Positions 24,532 through 34,308 are shown, numbered from the stretch's first letter. The stretch is 45,382 bases of DNA from an uncultured delta proteobacterium (GCA_963715335.1 CAVQRZ010000007.1:1-45382); one strand, 5' to 3'. The notes: generated by a model from the letters alone, not told the origin. Numbers and translations: made by a program.

Positions 24532-25661
24532 ACCAGGAACTCTTGGAAAAAGTCTGGGATGTCATCGATGGTGAGCGTGTACGGCAGACCCTGATCGAAA
24601 TGGTTGATATCTACTCCCCTTCCGGGAAGGAAGAGGATATCCAGCTCTACATCCAGGAGCGGCTTGAGGCTGCCGGCCTTACAGTCATTCGACAGGTTGT
24701 CGAGGATGAACGCTACAACCTGCTTGCCGGCATGGGGGCGGGCATCCCGAGGCTGATCATGGTCGGGCATGTCGATACGGTGCCGGCCTGGAACCTGGAA
24801 GAATATGGTGCCGAAGAGGAGTGGGGCGTCGTCCGCGGCCTCGGCGCCGCAGACATGAAAGGCGGCTGTGCGGCAATGCTCGAGGCCTGGCTGGCCCTGG
24901 CTAAACTGCCGGAGGACCAGCGCCCTCCCGTCGGGCTGCTGTTCGTTGTCGGCGAAGAGGAGAATGGCGACGGCAGCGCCCGGTTCCTCGAAGAGAATCA
25001 GCCACCGTGGGTGGTGATCGGTGAGCCGACTTCGCTGTCGCCTTGCCTGAGTCATTACGGCTATCTCGAGGTGGCCCTGACCACGCAAGGGCGGCGCATC
25101 CATTCATCACTGCCCGAGCTGGGGCACAATGCGGTCGAATCGATGCTGCGGTTCCTGCTGTTGCTCGGCAATGAGCCGCTGTTTAACCGGGAGAGCACGC
25201 AGATCGTCTATTCGATCCGGGAGATGAGTTCGTCACGTGCAGGCTTTGTGGTCCCCGACCAGTGTGAAACCTACATCGACCTGCACCTGCCGCCAGGGAT
25301 GAGTCCGGAGTCTGTCCAGGAGGCGATCCGCGCATGCGTCACCAAGGCCGAGGCCCTGATCGAGGGGCTGAACCTCTCGCTCTCCTTCGACTTCTCCTCA
25401 CAGGGCTATGCCCTTGAGGAATTCGGCAGCTTCTCGGGAATCCTCGAAGATGTCTATACGCAACTCAACCAGCCGCTGCGATTCAGCCCCTTCCGCTCCC
25501 ATTCGGACGGCAACCTGTTCTTCGGTGCCGGCTGCCGGCCGATGATTCTCGGCCCGGGCTCACTGGAAACCGCCCACACCGCCGATGAGCAGACCTCGCT
25601 CTCGGAGGTCGAAGCGGCTGCGCGGATCTATGCGGCGCTCTGTCTGAGCTGTGCTGACTGA
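24528..25661 (+). CDS. M20-family metallo-hydrolase (ArgE/DapE-like deacylase)
   Basis: GHVDTV, GAADMKGG, GEEE, IGEPT, AHTADE. Confidence 0.9.
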   Translation: MNQELLEKVWDVIDGERVRQTLIEMVDIYSPSGKEEDIQLYIQERLEAAGLTVIRQVVEDERYNLLAGMGAGIPRLIMVGHVDTVPAWNLEEYGAEEEWGVVRGLGAADMKGGCAAMLEAWLALAKLPEDQRPPVGLLFVVGEEENGDGSARFLEENQPPWVVIGEPTSLSPCLSHYGYLEVALTTQGRRIHSSLPELGHNAVESMLRFLLLLGNEPLFNRESTQIVYSIREMSSSRAGFVVPDQCETYIDLHLPPGMSPESVQEAIRACVTKAEALIEGLNLSLSFDFSSQGYALEEFGSFSGILEDVYTQLNQPLRFSPFRSHSDGNLFFGAGCRPMILGPGSLETAHTADEQTSLSEVEAAARIYAALCLSCAD

Positions 25662-25767
25662 CCCTTGCTGCTCCCCTGAACATTGACCTTGTCCGGCGGT
25701 ATTTGACGCTCTCCCGGCACCGGCCGGACCTTGTTAAGCAGGCCTTGATCACCCTGGAGGATTCGAG

Positions 25768-27132
25768 ATGACCGAAGTTGACCTGGTAAAGAACCCCTGG
25801 GAACGCTTGCAGGACCTTGTCGAAGCAGGCGACAGCGATCATCTGCTTGAATTCCTCAACAGCATCAACCCGATGGATACGGCACTGGCCATCTCGCGCC
25901 TGCGCCTAGAAGACCAGGGCCGGCTTTTTTCCATGCTGAATCCGGTCGATGCGGCCGATGTCATCGAAGACATCTCCGACACCCAGGCCGCCGACCTGAT
26001 CGAAGAGCTGTCCCCCGGCCAGGCCGCCGCAATCCTCGGCGAGCTGGACAGCGATCACGTCGCCGACCTGCTGGGCGAACTTGACGACGAGGACGCCCAG
26101 GCGATCATTGATGAGATGGCCCCCGAGGAAGCCGAAGAAGCGCGGCAGTTTCTCGAATATCCACCCGACACGGCCGGCGGCCTGATGGTCTCCGAGTACC
26201 TCGATTACCTGGTTGACCAGAAGATTCGCGACGTCCACGCCGATTTGCAGGCTAATCGGCAGGAGTATGTCGACTACCACGTCCAGTACCTTTATGTGAC
26301 AGACCAGGGAGGGCACCTCTGCGGGGTGCTGCGCATGCACGACCTCCTGTTTATGAATCACGCCTCTTTGCTGCAACAGGTGATGATCAGTACGCCGCTG
26401 CAGGTCTCGGTTGACGCCACACTCGAGGACCTGCGCAATTTTTTCGAGGAGCACGACCTGTTCGGCGTACCGGTGGTGGACGCAGAGAACCGGCTGGTCG
26501 GCGTCGTCCTCCCCGAGGCGGTCGAGGAGGCCAGGCGTAAGCGCAGCGTGCACCAGTTCCTCGGTTTTTCGGGGATCGTCGGCGGCGAGGAGTTCCGCTC
26601 CATGCCGTTGCTGCAACGATCCGGCCGCCGGCTCTCCTGGCTTTCTTTGAACATCGTGCTGAACATCATCGCCGCGAGCGTCATCGCCTTCTACCAGGAC
26701 ACCCTGGCCGCGGTGATCGCCCTGGCGGTTTTCCTGCCGATGGTCAGCGACATGAGCGGCTGCTCGGGCAACCAGGCCGTGGCCGTCAGCATGCGGGAGC
26801 TCGCCCTGGGGCTGGTCCGGCCCAATGAACTGGCGCGGGTCCTGGCCAAAGAGGCCGGGATCGGGCTGCTGAACGGGCTGGTCCTGGGGCTGATGCTCGG
26901 TGGAGCGGCCTGGCTCTGGAAGGGCAACCCCTTCCTGGGCCTCGTCGTCGGCGGCGCCCTGGCCCTGAATACCTTCGTTGCCGTCTCGTTCGGCGGCCTG
27001 ATCCCGTTGGTTCTCAAGCGCTTGAAACTTGACCCTGCGCTGGTGTCCAGCCCCTTGCTCACAACGGTCACCGATATGTGCGGGTTCTTCTTCGTGCTGA
27101 GCTTCGCATCGATCATGCTGGAACGGCTTTAG
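25768..27132 (+). CDS. mgtE: Magnesium transporter MgtE
   Basis: Acidic N-domain, TAGGLM CBS pair, MSGCSGNQ, DPALVSSPLLTTVTD. Confidence 0.92.
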   Translation: MTEVDLVKNPWERLQDLVEAGDSDHLLEFLNSINPMDTALAISRLRLEDQGRLFSMLNPVDAADVIEDISDTQAADLIEELSPGQAAAILGELDSDHVADLLGELDDEDAQAIIDEMAPEEAEEARQFLEYPPDTAGGLMVSEYLDYLVDQKIRDVHADLQANRQEYVDYHVQYLYVTDQGGHLCGVLRMHDLLFMNHASLLQQVMISTPLQVSVDATLEDLRNFFEEHDLFGVPVVDAENRLVGVVLPEAVEEARRKRSVHQFLGFSGIVGGEEFRSMPLLQRSGRRLSWLSLNIVLNIIAASVIAFYQDTLAAVIALAVFLPMVSDMSGCSGNQAVAVSMRELALGLVRPNELARVLAKEAGIGLLNGLVLGLMLGGAAWLWKGNPFLGLVVGGALALNTFVAVSFGGLIPLVLKRLKLDPALVSSPLLTTVTDMCGFFFVLSFASIMLERL

Positions 27133-27255
27133 GCCCCGGAGTCGTCTGCTCGGATGGCTTTTGAGTCACCAGGAGAGAAAGAATTCAACGGCCGTTTTAT
27201 GCCATTTTGTCTGCGTGGTTATGGGCATAATATTTGATTGTGTTTTGCGTGGACT

Positions 27256-27264
27256 TGTTATAAT
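27256..27264 (+). promoter_or_regulatory. Extended -10 promoter of the peptidase-ligase operon
   Basis: TGTTATAAT ~63 bp upstream of the ATG at 27328; TTATGCC-N20-GGCATAA inverted repeat at 27197-27230. Confidence 0.5.
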
Positions 27265-27327
27265 AGACCGGCGTCATAAACCGTCATGCCGATTCCGGCT
27301 ATTCGAGGATGTGACGCACAGGCAGAT

Positions 27328-28068
27328 ATGGAGACCCGTCTCTCTCTCGACATCCTCCCGCAGCCGGATGAAGTGACCTGCGGGCCGACCTGCCTGCACG
27401 CGGTCTACCGGTATTACGGCGATGAGATCTCCCTGGACCAGGTGATTGCCGAGGTGCCGATGCTTGAAAGCGGCGGCACCCTCGGCGTCTGGCTTGCCTG
27501 TCATGCTCTCAAGCGCGGCTACCGTGCGACGATCTATACCTTTAAACTGCAAATGTTCGATCCGAGCTGGTTCCAGCCCGGCGCCCCGGACATCGTCGAA
27601 CGGCTCGAAGCGCAACGGGAGGTCAAGGACGATCCCAGGCTGCATACCGCGACGCGCGCTTATCTCGAATATTTCCGCCTCGGCGGCAAGCTGAAGCTCG
27701 CAGACCTGACCCCTGCGTTGATCCGCCGTTACCTGAAACGCCAGCAGCCGATCATAACCGGGCTGAGTGCGACGTTTCTCTACCGCAGCACCCGCGAGTT
27801 CGGTGAAAACTGCGATTACGACGATGTGCGCGGCGAACCGTCCGGACATTTCGTGATCCTGTGCGGCTATGATCGCCAGACCCGGGAGACATTGATCGCG
27901 GACCCGGTGCAAGCCAATCCCATGGGCGTCGGGCAGGTCTATCACAGCCCGATCAACCGGGTGATCAACGCGATCCTGCTCGGGGTGCTGACTTACGACG
28001 GCAACCTGATCATTCTGGAACCGCCAAAAGACAGGGAGAACTCCCATGCCAAGTCTCATCGTCGTTGA
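27328..28068 (+). CDS. Papain-fold C39-like cysteine peptidase
   Basis: QPDEVTCGPTCL (Q..C), GHFVILCGYD (H), IADP (D). Confidence 0.85.
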   Translation: METRLSLDILPQPDEVTCGPTCLHAVYRYYGDEISLDQVIAEVPMLESGGTLGVWLACHALKRGYRATIYTFKLQMFDPSWFQPGAPDIVERLEAQREVKDDPRLHTATRAYLEYFRLGGKLKLADLTPALIRRYLKRQQPIITGLSATFLYRSTREFGENCDYDDVRGEPSGHFVILCGYDRQTRETLIADPVQANPMGVGQVYHSPINRVINAILLGVLTYDGNLIILEPPKDRENSHAKSHRR

Positions 28069-29518
28069 CAACCCCGGCGACTGGCCCCACGCGATAGCCG
28101 ACGCCGAAGTCGTCGAAGCTCGCCAGTACCTGACCGACTCTTGTTATATCAACCGCAAGAATCTCAAGGTCTACAACCTCTGCCGTTCCTATCGCTACCA
28201 GAGCATCGGTTATTACGTGTCGCTGCTCGCTGCCGCGCGCGGCCATCGTCCGCAGCCGGGGGTGCAGACGATTCAGGACCTCAAGTCCTCCGTGGTGATT
28301 CGATCGATCTCGGATGAGCTTGATCAACTGGTCCAGAAGAGCCTGCAGCCGTTGCAGAGCAAGGATTTTACCCTGAGCATCTATTTTGGCCACAACCTGG
28401 CCAAACGCTACGACCGGCTTTGCCATAAACTGTTTGCCCTGTTCCAGGCGCCGCTGATGCGTACCCAGTTTACCTGGAGCCTGCGCCAGAAAAAATGGCT
28501 GCTGCAGAGCATCGCCCCGGTCTCTGTCAGCGACGTGCCTGAAGAGCATCGCGATTTCCTCATCGAGTCCGCGACGAAATATTTTGCCGGTCGCCAGACC
28601 TGGCCGAAGAGCCGCAAACGCCCCAGTTATGACCTGGCGATCCTGGCCAACGCCGACGAGATCGAACCTCCCTCCGGTGAAAGCGCTTTGCAGAAATTTG
28701 AAAAAGCCGCGCTGCGGGCTGGCTTCGCCCCGGTCCGGATCGGTCGTGACGACTATGGCCGGATCGCCGAATTCGATGCCCTGCTGATTCGTGAAACGAC
28801 CAGTGTTAACCACCACACCTACCGGTTCTCGCGCCGCGCTGCCGCCGAAGGGCTGGTGGTGATCGATGACCCGGAGTCGATTCTGAAATGCACCAACAAG
28901 GTGTTCCTCGCCGAGATTCTCGAACGCCACAAGCTGCTGACGCCGCGCACCCTGATCGTGCACCGTGACAATCGCAAAAGTATCGCCGATGAACTCGGCT
29001 TCCCGGTCGTTCTGAAGCAGCCGGACTCCTCTTTCTCGCAGGGGGTCGTCAAGGCCGGCGACAGTGATGAACTGAAACTGTGCCTGGATCGCCTGCTCGC
29101 CAAATCGGACCTGGTGATTGCCCAGGAATTTCTGCCGACCTCATTTGATTGGCGGGTCGGGGTCTTTGATCGCCAGCCGCTTTATGCCTGCCGCTACTAC
29201 ATGGCCAAACAACACTGGCAGATCCTCAAACGAGACGGCGGCGGTTCCAAGACCGACGAGGGACGTTTCGAAACCCTGCCGGTGGAGCATTTGCCGGCGC
29301 AGGTTCTGCGCACGGCAATCAAGGCGGCCAACCTGATCGGCGACGGTTTGTATGGCGTTGACCTGAAGCAGGTCGGTGACAAGGTCTATGTGATTGAGGT
29401 CAACGACAACCCGAATATCGATGCGGGCGTTGAAGACAAGTACCTCAAGAACGAGCTCTACGACAGGATCATGCGCGTGTTCCTGAGGCGCGTGGAGTTG
29501 AAGAGGGGGCGCTTATGA
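28046..29518 (+). CDS. RimK-like ATP-grasp ligase with N-terminal RLAN domain
   Basis: NLCRSYRYQSIGYYVSLLAAARGH (RLAN-like), LKQPDSSFSQGV, FDWRVGV, YGVDLK, IEVNDNPNID. Confidence 0.88.
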   Translation: MPSLIVVDNPGDWPHAIADAEVVEARQYLTDSCYINRKNLKVYNLCRSYRYQSIGYYVSLLAAARGHRPQPGVQTIQDLKSSVVIRSISDELDQLVQKSLQPLQSKDFTLSIYFGHNLAKRYDRLCHKLFALFQAPLMRTQFTWSLRQKKWLLQSIAPVSVSDVPEEHRDFLIESATKYFAGRQTWPKSRKRPSYDLAILANADEIEPPSGESALQKFEKAALRAGFAPVRIGRDDYGRIAEFDALLIRETTSVNHHTYRFSRRAAAEGLVVIDDPESILKCTNKVFLAEILERHKLLTPRTLIVHRDNRKSIADELGFPVVLKQPDSSFSQGVVKAGDSDELKLCLDRLLAKSDLVIAQEFLPTSFDWRVGVFDRQPLYACRYYMAKQHWQILKRDGGGSKTDEGRFETLPVEHLPAQVLRTAIKAANLIGDGLYGVDLKQVGDKVYVIEVNDNPNIDAGVEDKYLKNELYDRIMRVFLRRVELKRGRL

Positions 29519-30747
29519 GCCGCTCGGAAGGGTTGGGCCTGTTCCAGGGTTTCGGGGTCGAACTCGAATACATGATCGTCGATCGCAACACCCTGGCCAT
29601 CCTGCCCGTAGCCGATCTGGTTCTCAGCGAGGTTGCCGGTGAAATGGCCAATGAGGTCAAGCGCGGGGCTTTGCGCTGGTCCAACGAACTGGTCCTGCAT
29701 GTCCTCGAGCTCAAGACCAACGGTCCGGCTCCGACCCTGTCAGGGCTGGCGGATGAATTCACCCGACAGGGGCGACAGGTCAACCAGCTCCTCGGACCCT
29801 TCGGCGGCATGCTGATGCCCGGAGCGATGCATCCCTGGATGGACCCGGACCTGGAAACGCGGCTCTGGCCGCACGGCGACCGCTCCATCTATGCCGCCTA
29901 TGACCGGATCTTCGGTTGCCGCGGCCATGGCTGGAGCAACCTGCAGAGCGCACACCTGAACCTGCCGTTTGCCGGTGACGAAGAGTTCGGTCGCCTGCAC
30001 GCAGCGATCCGGCTGGTGCTGCCGCTTCTGCCTGCGATTGCGGCAGCCAGCCCGGTGGTCAACGGCCGTTTGACCGGCCTGCTGGACAATCGTATCGAGA
30101 TGTACCGCGTCAACCAGGCGCGTATCCCCTCGATCACCGGCCAGGTGATCCCGGAGGCCGCCTTCACCATCGACGCTTATCAGAAAACGATCCTGGAGAT
30201 GCTCTACCGTGATATTGCGCCGCACGATCCGGAAGGGATTCTGCAGGAGGAATGGCTGAACTCCCGCGGCGCAATCGCCCGGTTCGATCGCAATGCGATC
30301 GAGATCCGGCTGCTCGATGTTCAGGAAAGCCCGCTGGCCGACCTGGCGATTATCAGTCTCCTGGTAGAAGTCCTGCGTGAACTGGTCGCCGAGGCCTGCG
30401 CGCCGTGGACGGAGCAGCAGCTATGGTCGGAGACTGCGCTGGCGGAAATTTTTCTCGCGGTCCTGCACGAAGGCCGCGCTGCTCTGGTCAAAGATCCACG
30501 CTACCTGGCGATGTTCGGCATCCAGGCCGACTGTCTATCGGTTGGCGATTTGTGGCGGACACTTGCCGAGCGCCTCTTGAACAGCAGTGACGAGGCATGG
30601 TCTGCTTTGCAGGTGATCCTCGATGAGGGACCTTTGGCACGGCGGATTATCCGCGCCCTGGGACCGGACCCCGACCGCGACCGGCTGGCGGCCGTGTATC
30701 GCGAACTGTGCGACTGCCTGCAAGAAGGGAGAATGTATCATGCCTGA
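29515..30747 (+). CDS. Glutamate--cysteine ligase family 2 (GCS2) carboxylate-amine ligase
   Basis: FGVELEYMIVD, VLELKT, SAHLNL, RFDRNAIEIRLLD. Confidence 0.87.
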   Translation: MSRSEGLGLFQGFGVELEYMIVDRNTLAILPVADLVLSEVAGEMANEVKRGALRWSNELVLHVLELKTNGPAPTLSGLADEFTRQGRQVNQLLGPFGGMLMPGAMHPWMDPDLETRLWPHGDRSIYAAYDRIFGCRGHGWSNLQSAHLNLPFAGDEEFGRLHAAIRLVLPLLPAIAAASPVVNGRLTGLLDNRIEMYRVNQARIPSITGQVIPEAAFTIDAYQKTILEMLYRDIAPHDPEGILQEEWLNSRGAIARFDRNAIEIRLLDVQESPLADLAIISLLVEVLRELVAEACAPWTEQQLWSETALAEIFLAVLHEGRAALVKDPRYLAMFGIQADCLSVGDLWRTLAERLLNSSDEAWSALQVILDEGPLARRIIRALGPDPDRDRLAAVYRELCDCLQEGRMYHA

Positions 30748-31456
30748 TGTGGCCCTGCTGGTTACCTGCGAACATGCCGTCAATCATGTCCCGGAAAAGT
30801 GGTCGTCTCTGTTTGCCGACTGCCCGGAGGTGCTCGACTCTCACCGCGCCTTTGATCAGGGCGCTGCAGAGCTGGCACGGTCGATCGCCACCACCTTGTC
30901 CGCGCCCCTGTTTGAGGCGAAGCTGAGCCGGCTCCTGGTTGATCACAACCGCTCGCCGCATAATCGTTCGCTCTGGTCGGATTTCAGCCGGGATTTGCCC
31001 GCGCATGAGAAAACCTTGCTGCTTGATGAATACTACCGGCCATTTCGCGAGCGGACATCGCTGTGGATTGGCGAACGGCAGCTTGAAGGGAACAGGGTGA
31101 TCCACCTTTCCGTACACTCTTTTACTCCGGTCTTCGAAGGCAAGGTTCGCGATCTCGACATCGGTCTCCTCTATGACACAAACCGGTCTGACGAGGCATT
31201 CCTGGCCGATGTATGGAAGTCACGATTGATGGCCTGCAAACCGGAGCTCAAGGTGAGATTCAACGTCCCTTACCGTGGGCGCAGTGACTGCCACCTGACG
31301 GCCTATCGCGAACGGTACAAAAGCGGCGCCTACCAAGGCATGGAATTGGAGGTCAATCAGAACCTTGTGTCCACTCAATCGGGCCGGAAAGATTTAGCAA
31401 AGCTGATCGCAGGCAGTTTGCGTGACGTGCTGGTCGAGACTGCCTCGGACGAATAA
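30740..31456 (+). CDS. N-formylglutamate amidohydrolase-like (FGase) Zn hydrolase
   Basis: VTCEHA, SRLLVDHNRS, SVHSFTP, ELEVNQ; ATG at 30740 overlaps the previous stop. Confidence 0.85.
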   Translation: MPDVALLVTCEHAVNHVPEKWSSLFADCPEVLDSHRAFDQGAAELARSIATTLSAPLFEAKLSRLLVDHNRSPHNRSLWSDFSRDLPAHEKTLLLDEYYRPFRERTSLWIGERQLEGNRVIHLSVHSFTPVFEGKVRDLDIGLLYDTNRSDEAFLADVWKSRLMACKPELKVRFNVPYRGRSDCHLTAYRERYKSGAYQGMELEVNQNLVSTQSGRKDLAKLIAGSLRDVLVETASDE

Positions 31457-31461
31457 AATCA

Positions 31462-31528
31462 CGATTGCAATCGCTCACAGGCGGGCGTAATATCACGCGC
31501 AGCTGCTCCACCATGGAGCAGCTGTTTT
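31462..31528 (+). promoter_or_regulatory. Putative promoter with palindrome and a strong hairpin upstream of the DMT gene
   Basis: CGATTGCAATCG palindrome over TTGCAA-17-TAATAT; 11-bp perfect stem CAGCTGCTCCA-cca-TGGAGCAGCTG followed by TTTT. Confidence 0.45.
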
Positions 31529-31545
31529 CCGTTGTGGAGCCGGTC

Positions 31546-31887
31546 ATGTCCGCCTTGCTGCAAACCTCGTTCCTGCTGGTCTTGTCGAATCTGTTCATGA
31601 CCTTCGCCTGGTACGGCCATCTCAAGAACCTCGGCCACCGCGCCTGGTACGTCGCCGCCCTGCTCAGTTGGGGCATCGCCCTCTTTGAATACCTGCTGCA
31701 GGTGCCCGCCAACCGGATCGGTTACGGCACCCTTTCCCTTGCGCAGCTCAAGGTTCTTCAGGAGGTGATCACCCTGTCGGTGTTTATCCCCTTTGCCCTC
31801 TATTACATGCAGCAACCTCTCAAGCTCGACTACCTCTGGGCCGGGCTCTGCCTGTTGGGTGCGGTTTACTTCATCTTCCGGAGCTGA
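31546..31887 (+). CDS. Small DMT-superfamily membrane protein (DUF486/DMT_6-like)
   Basis: SNLFMTFAWYGHLK, SWGIALFEYLLQVPANRIG; GGAG RBS. Confidence 0.85.
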   Translation: MSALLQTSFLLVLSNLFMTFAWYGHLKNLGHRAWYVAALLSWGIALFEYLLQVPANRIGYGTLSLAQLKVLQEVITLSVFIPFALYYMQQPLKLDYLWAGLCLLGAVYFIFRS

Positions 31888-32024
31888 TGCGCCCAAAGGC
31901 CCAGCTTGAACGGGGCCGGATCAGGACGTTCGAGCGCCCCTTTTGACCCAACAACCCCTGCCTCAGATCAGGTAAACAAAAGCTTTTTTATGGCGGGGAG
32001 GGGGCGTTGCCCCTGCCAGGTCGA

Positions 32025-32777
32025 TCAGATCCGACCGATCAGACGCAACAGGCCATCGAGGGCCGTATAGGGATGAGGTGGACAGCCCGGGATATAAAGG
32101 TCAACCGGCAGCAGGTCGCCGATCCCGCCATGGGCTTCGGGACTGTGACAGTATGGCCCGCCGCTGATGGCGCAAGCGCCCGAGGCGATCACCAGTTTCG
32201 GCTCCGGGATCGCGGCGTAGGTGTCGAGCAGGGCGATTTTCATGTTCTCGGTCACCGGGCCCGTGACCATGACCCCGTCAGCGTGTCGCGGCGAAGCGAC
32301 AAACTGGATGCCAAACCGGGACAGGTCGAAGACCGGGGTGCCGAGCACATTGAGGTCCGCCTCGCAGGCATTGCAGCCTCCGGCCGACACCTGCCGCAGC
32401 TTTAACGACCGCCCGAACAGCTTGCGGACCTTCTTGTCGAGCTGCTCGGCCAAGCGGTAGGTCGCATCTTCCAGGACCAGGTCTTCGCGACGGCTTGCGG
32501 CCAGCCGGTAATCTTTGCTGAAATTCAGTGCGCCCGTCTCTACCGCAGGGCAGTCGGCGCAGAACAGGCAGCGGCCGAGATCGACCTGGAGCTTGTCGTC
32601 CTTGTTGGTAAGGGCAGAAAATGGACATGTGGCCACGGCTGTTGACAAAAGCTCCGGGGAGATGTCCTGCACAGGTTGCGGCATGCCGCGGAATCGATCC
32701 GGTAATTTTGGCGCTTGCTTCGGGAACCTGCCTGTACGGTGTCCCTGGCGTAGGCGTTCTCTGATGATTGTCAGCAT
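32025..32777 (-). CDS. ehrS: Ehr complex small subunit (HycG/NuoB-like) with N-terminal ferredoxin-like region
   Basis: GGCNACE, ASPRHADG, SGACA, IPGCPPHP; N-terminal TCP and CLFCADC. Confidence 0.88.
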   Translation of the reverse strand: MLTIIRERLRQGHRTGRFPKQAPKLPDRFRGMPQPVQDISPELLSTAVATCPFSALTNKDDKLQVDLGRCLFCADCPAVETGALNFSKDYRLAASRREDLVLEDATYRLAEQLDKKVRKLFGRSLKLRQVSAGGCNACEADLNVLGTPVFDLSRFGIQFVASPRHADGVMVTGPVTENMKIALLDTYAAIPEPKLVIASGACAISGGPYCHSPEAHGGIGDLLPVDLYIPGCPPHPYTALDGLLRLIGRI

Positions 32778-32787
32778 GAAATGCTCC

Positions 32788-34308
32788 CTAAAGGTCAAAA
32801 CCGCAGTACGACAGGTTGAAGCTTTTGTTGCACAACGGGAAATCGGAAATCTGCTCGCCCCTGAGAGCCAAGGCCAGTCCACTCCAGTTATGGAAAGAGG
32901 GATCGACGATCTTGTACCGGGCGATTCGGCCAGCGCGGTCGGTGATGGCCGCATGCACAACCTCTCCGCGCCACCCTTCGCAGAGGGATACAGTCAAACT
33001 CTCCGCTGCCAGGCTGCCAGGCGGCATCCGGCATGATCCTTCCGGCAACTCTTGAAGAAGCTTGCGCAGCAGTTCGTGGGACGCATAAATTTCTCTGCGG
33101 CGCACATCCCCCCTCGAGAAGACATCGCCCTCGGTACCAATGGCCGGGGTGTCGACATGAGCTTTTATACCGCCAAAGGGGTGGTGGAGCCGTGCGTCGC
33201 GCATCAGGCCGCAGGCCCGGGCTGCGACACCAACGAGACCCAGAGCTTCGGCATCATCGGTGGAAACCTGGCCAACCCCTTCAAAACGGGCCAGGACCGA
33301 TGGGCTGTCGAAGCAAAGCTCGATGGCCCCCCGGGTTTCGGGCTCGAGGACCTTCAGGCGTTCGTACAACTTTTCCGCCAGAGCGGGTTCCAGGTCGAAG
33401 TGGACTCCGCCTGGCCGAACCAAGCCGCGGCCGAACCGGCTGCCGCAGAGCTCCGCGGTGAGATTGAGATAATCACCGCGCAGGCGACCACAGTACGATG
33501 CGGTTGGCAGGAAGCCGACATCACCGGCGAGCGCCCCGATATCGCCGACATGATAGGCGAGCCGCTCCAATTCCAGGGCCAGGGCCCGTATCGCAGCGGC
33601 GCGCGGGGAGACGCTTTGCCCGGAGAGGCTCTCGATGACCTGGCTGTAAGCTGTTGCATGACCTATGGTGGTGTCGCCGGCAACCGTTTCAATCTGGGCC
33701 ATGCTGCCCGGATGAGGGCCTCCGGCCAGCAACTGTTCGATGCCACGGTGCTGGAAACCAAGGGAGATCTCCAGGCTCATCACTTCTTCCCCGTGGCACT
33801 GGAAACGGAAATGCCCCGGCTCGATCACCCCGGCATGGACCGGCCCTACCGCTACCTCGTGAACCTCTTCACCTTCAACACGATAGAAATCCATCTCACC
33901 GACTATCGGATGCAAGGTCCTGTCACGCCCCCATAGATCCGCCGCCTCGACCCAATTTTTGTGGAACCGGACCGGTTTCAGCCAGGGATGACCTTCAGGG
34001 CGCACTCCGAACTGCTCTGCCAGCTCACGTTCGAACAGGTGCAGCTGTGGGCAGTCGGGTGTCAGGGACGGATAAGCTTTGCCGACACGGGTGTGAAGTA
34101 CCGTCAACTCCCCCTGCCAGTCGTGAGCGAGAATTGCATACAGGTCGATGTCTTTGCCGGCCGGGTTGCCGAAAAAGCTTGCAACGCGGGCATCGTTGGC
34201 GACCTGCCCGAGTAAAGCATTGCGGAAGTCAACCTGGTCCAGGCATGGCAGCTCAGACAGGGGGAGACACGCGCCGTGGCGTAAATTGATCGGCTTGGTT
34301 TTATTCAA
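32788..34308 (-). CDS. ehrL: Ehr complex large subunit (HycE/NuoCD-like) lacking the NiFe-binding CxxC motifs
   Basis: VGPVHAGVIEPGHFRF, HRGIE, EGWRGE, DPSFHNW. ETVAGD and SFNLSY occupy the CxxC positions. TTG start with GGAGG. Confidence 0.88.
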   Translation of the reverse strand: MNKTKPINLRHGACLPLSELPCLDQVDFRNALLGQVANDARVASFFGNPAGKDIDLYAILAHDWQGELTVLHTRVGKAYPSLTPDCPQLHLFERELAEQFGVRPEGHPWLKPVRFHKNWVEAADLWGRDRTLHPIVGEMDFYRVEGEEVHEVAVGPVHAGVIEPGHFRFQCHGEEVMSLEISLGFQHRGIEQLLAGGPHPGSMAQIETVAGDTTIGHATAYSQVIESLSGQSVSPRAAAIRALALELERLAYHVGDIGALAGDVGFLPTASYCGRLRGDYLNLTAELCGSRFGRGLVRPGGVHFDLEPALAEKLYERLKVLEPETRGAIELCFDSPSVLARFEGVGQVSTDDAEALGLVGVAARACGLMRDARLHHPFGGIKAHVDTPAIGTEGDVFSRGDVRRREIYASHELLRKLLQELPEGSCRMPPGSLAAESLTVSLCEGWRGEVVHAAITDRAGRIARYKIVDPSFHNWSGLALALRGEQISDFPLCNKSFNLSYCGFDL

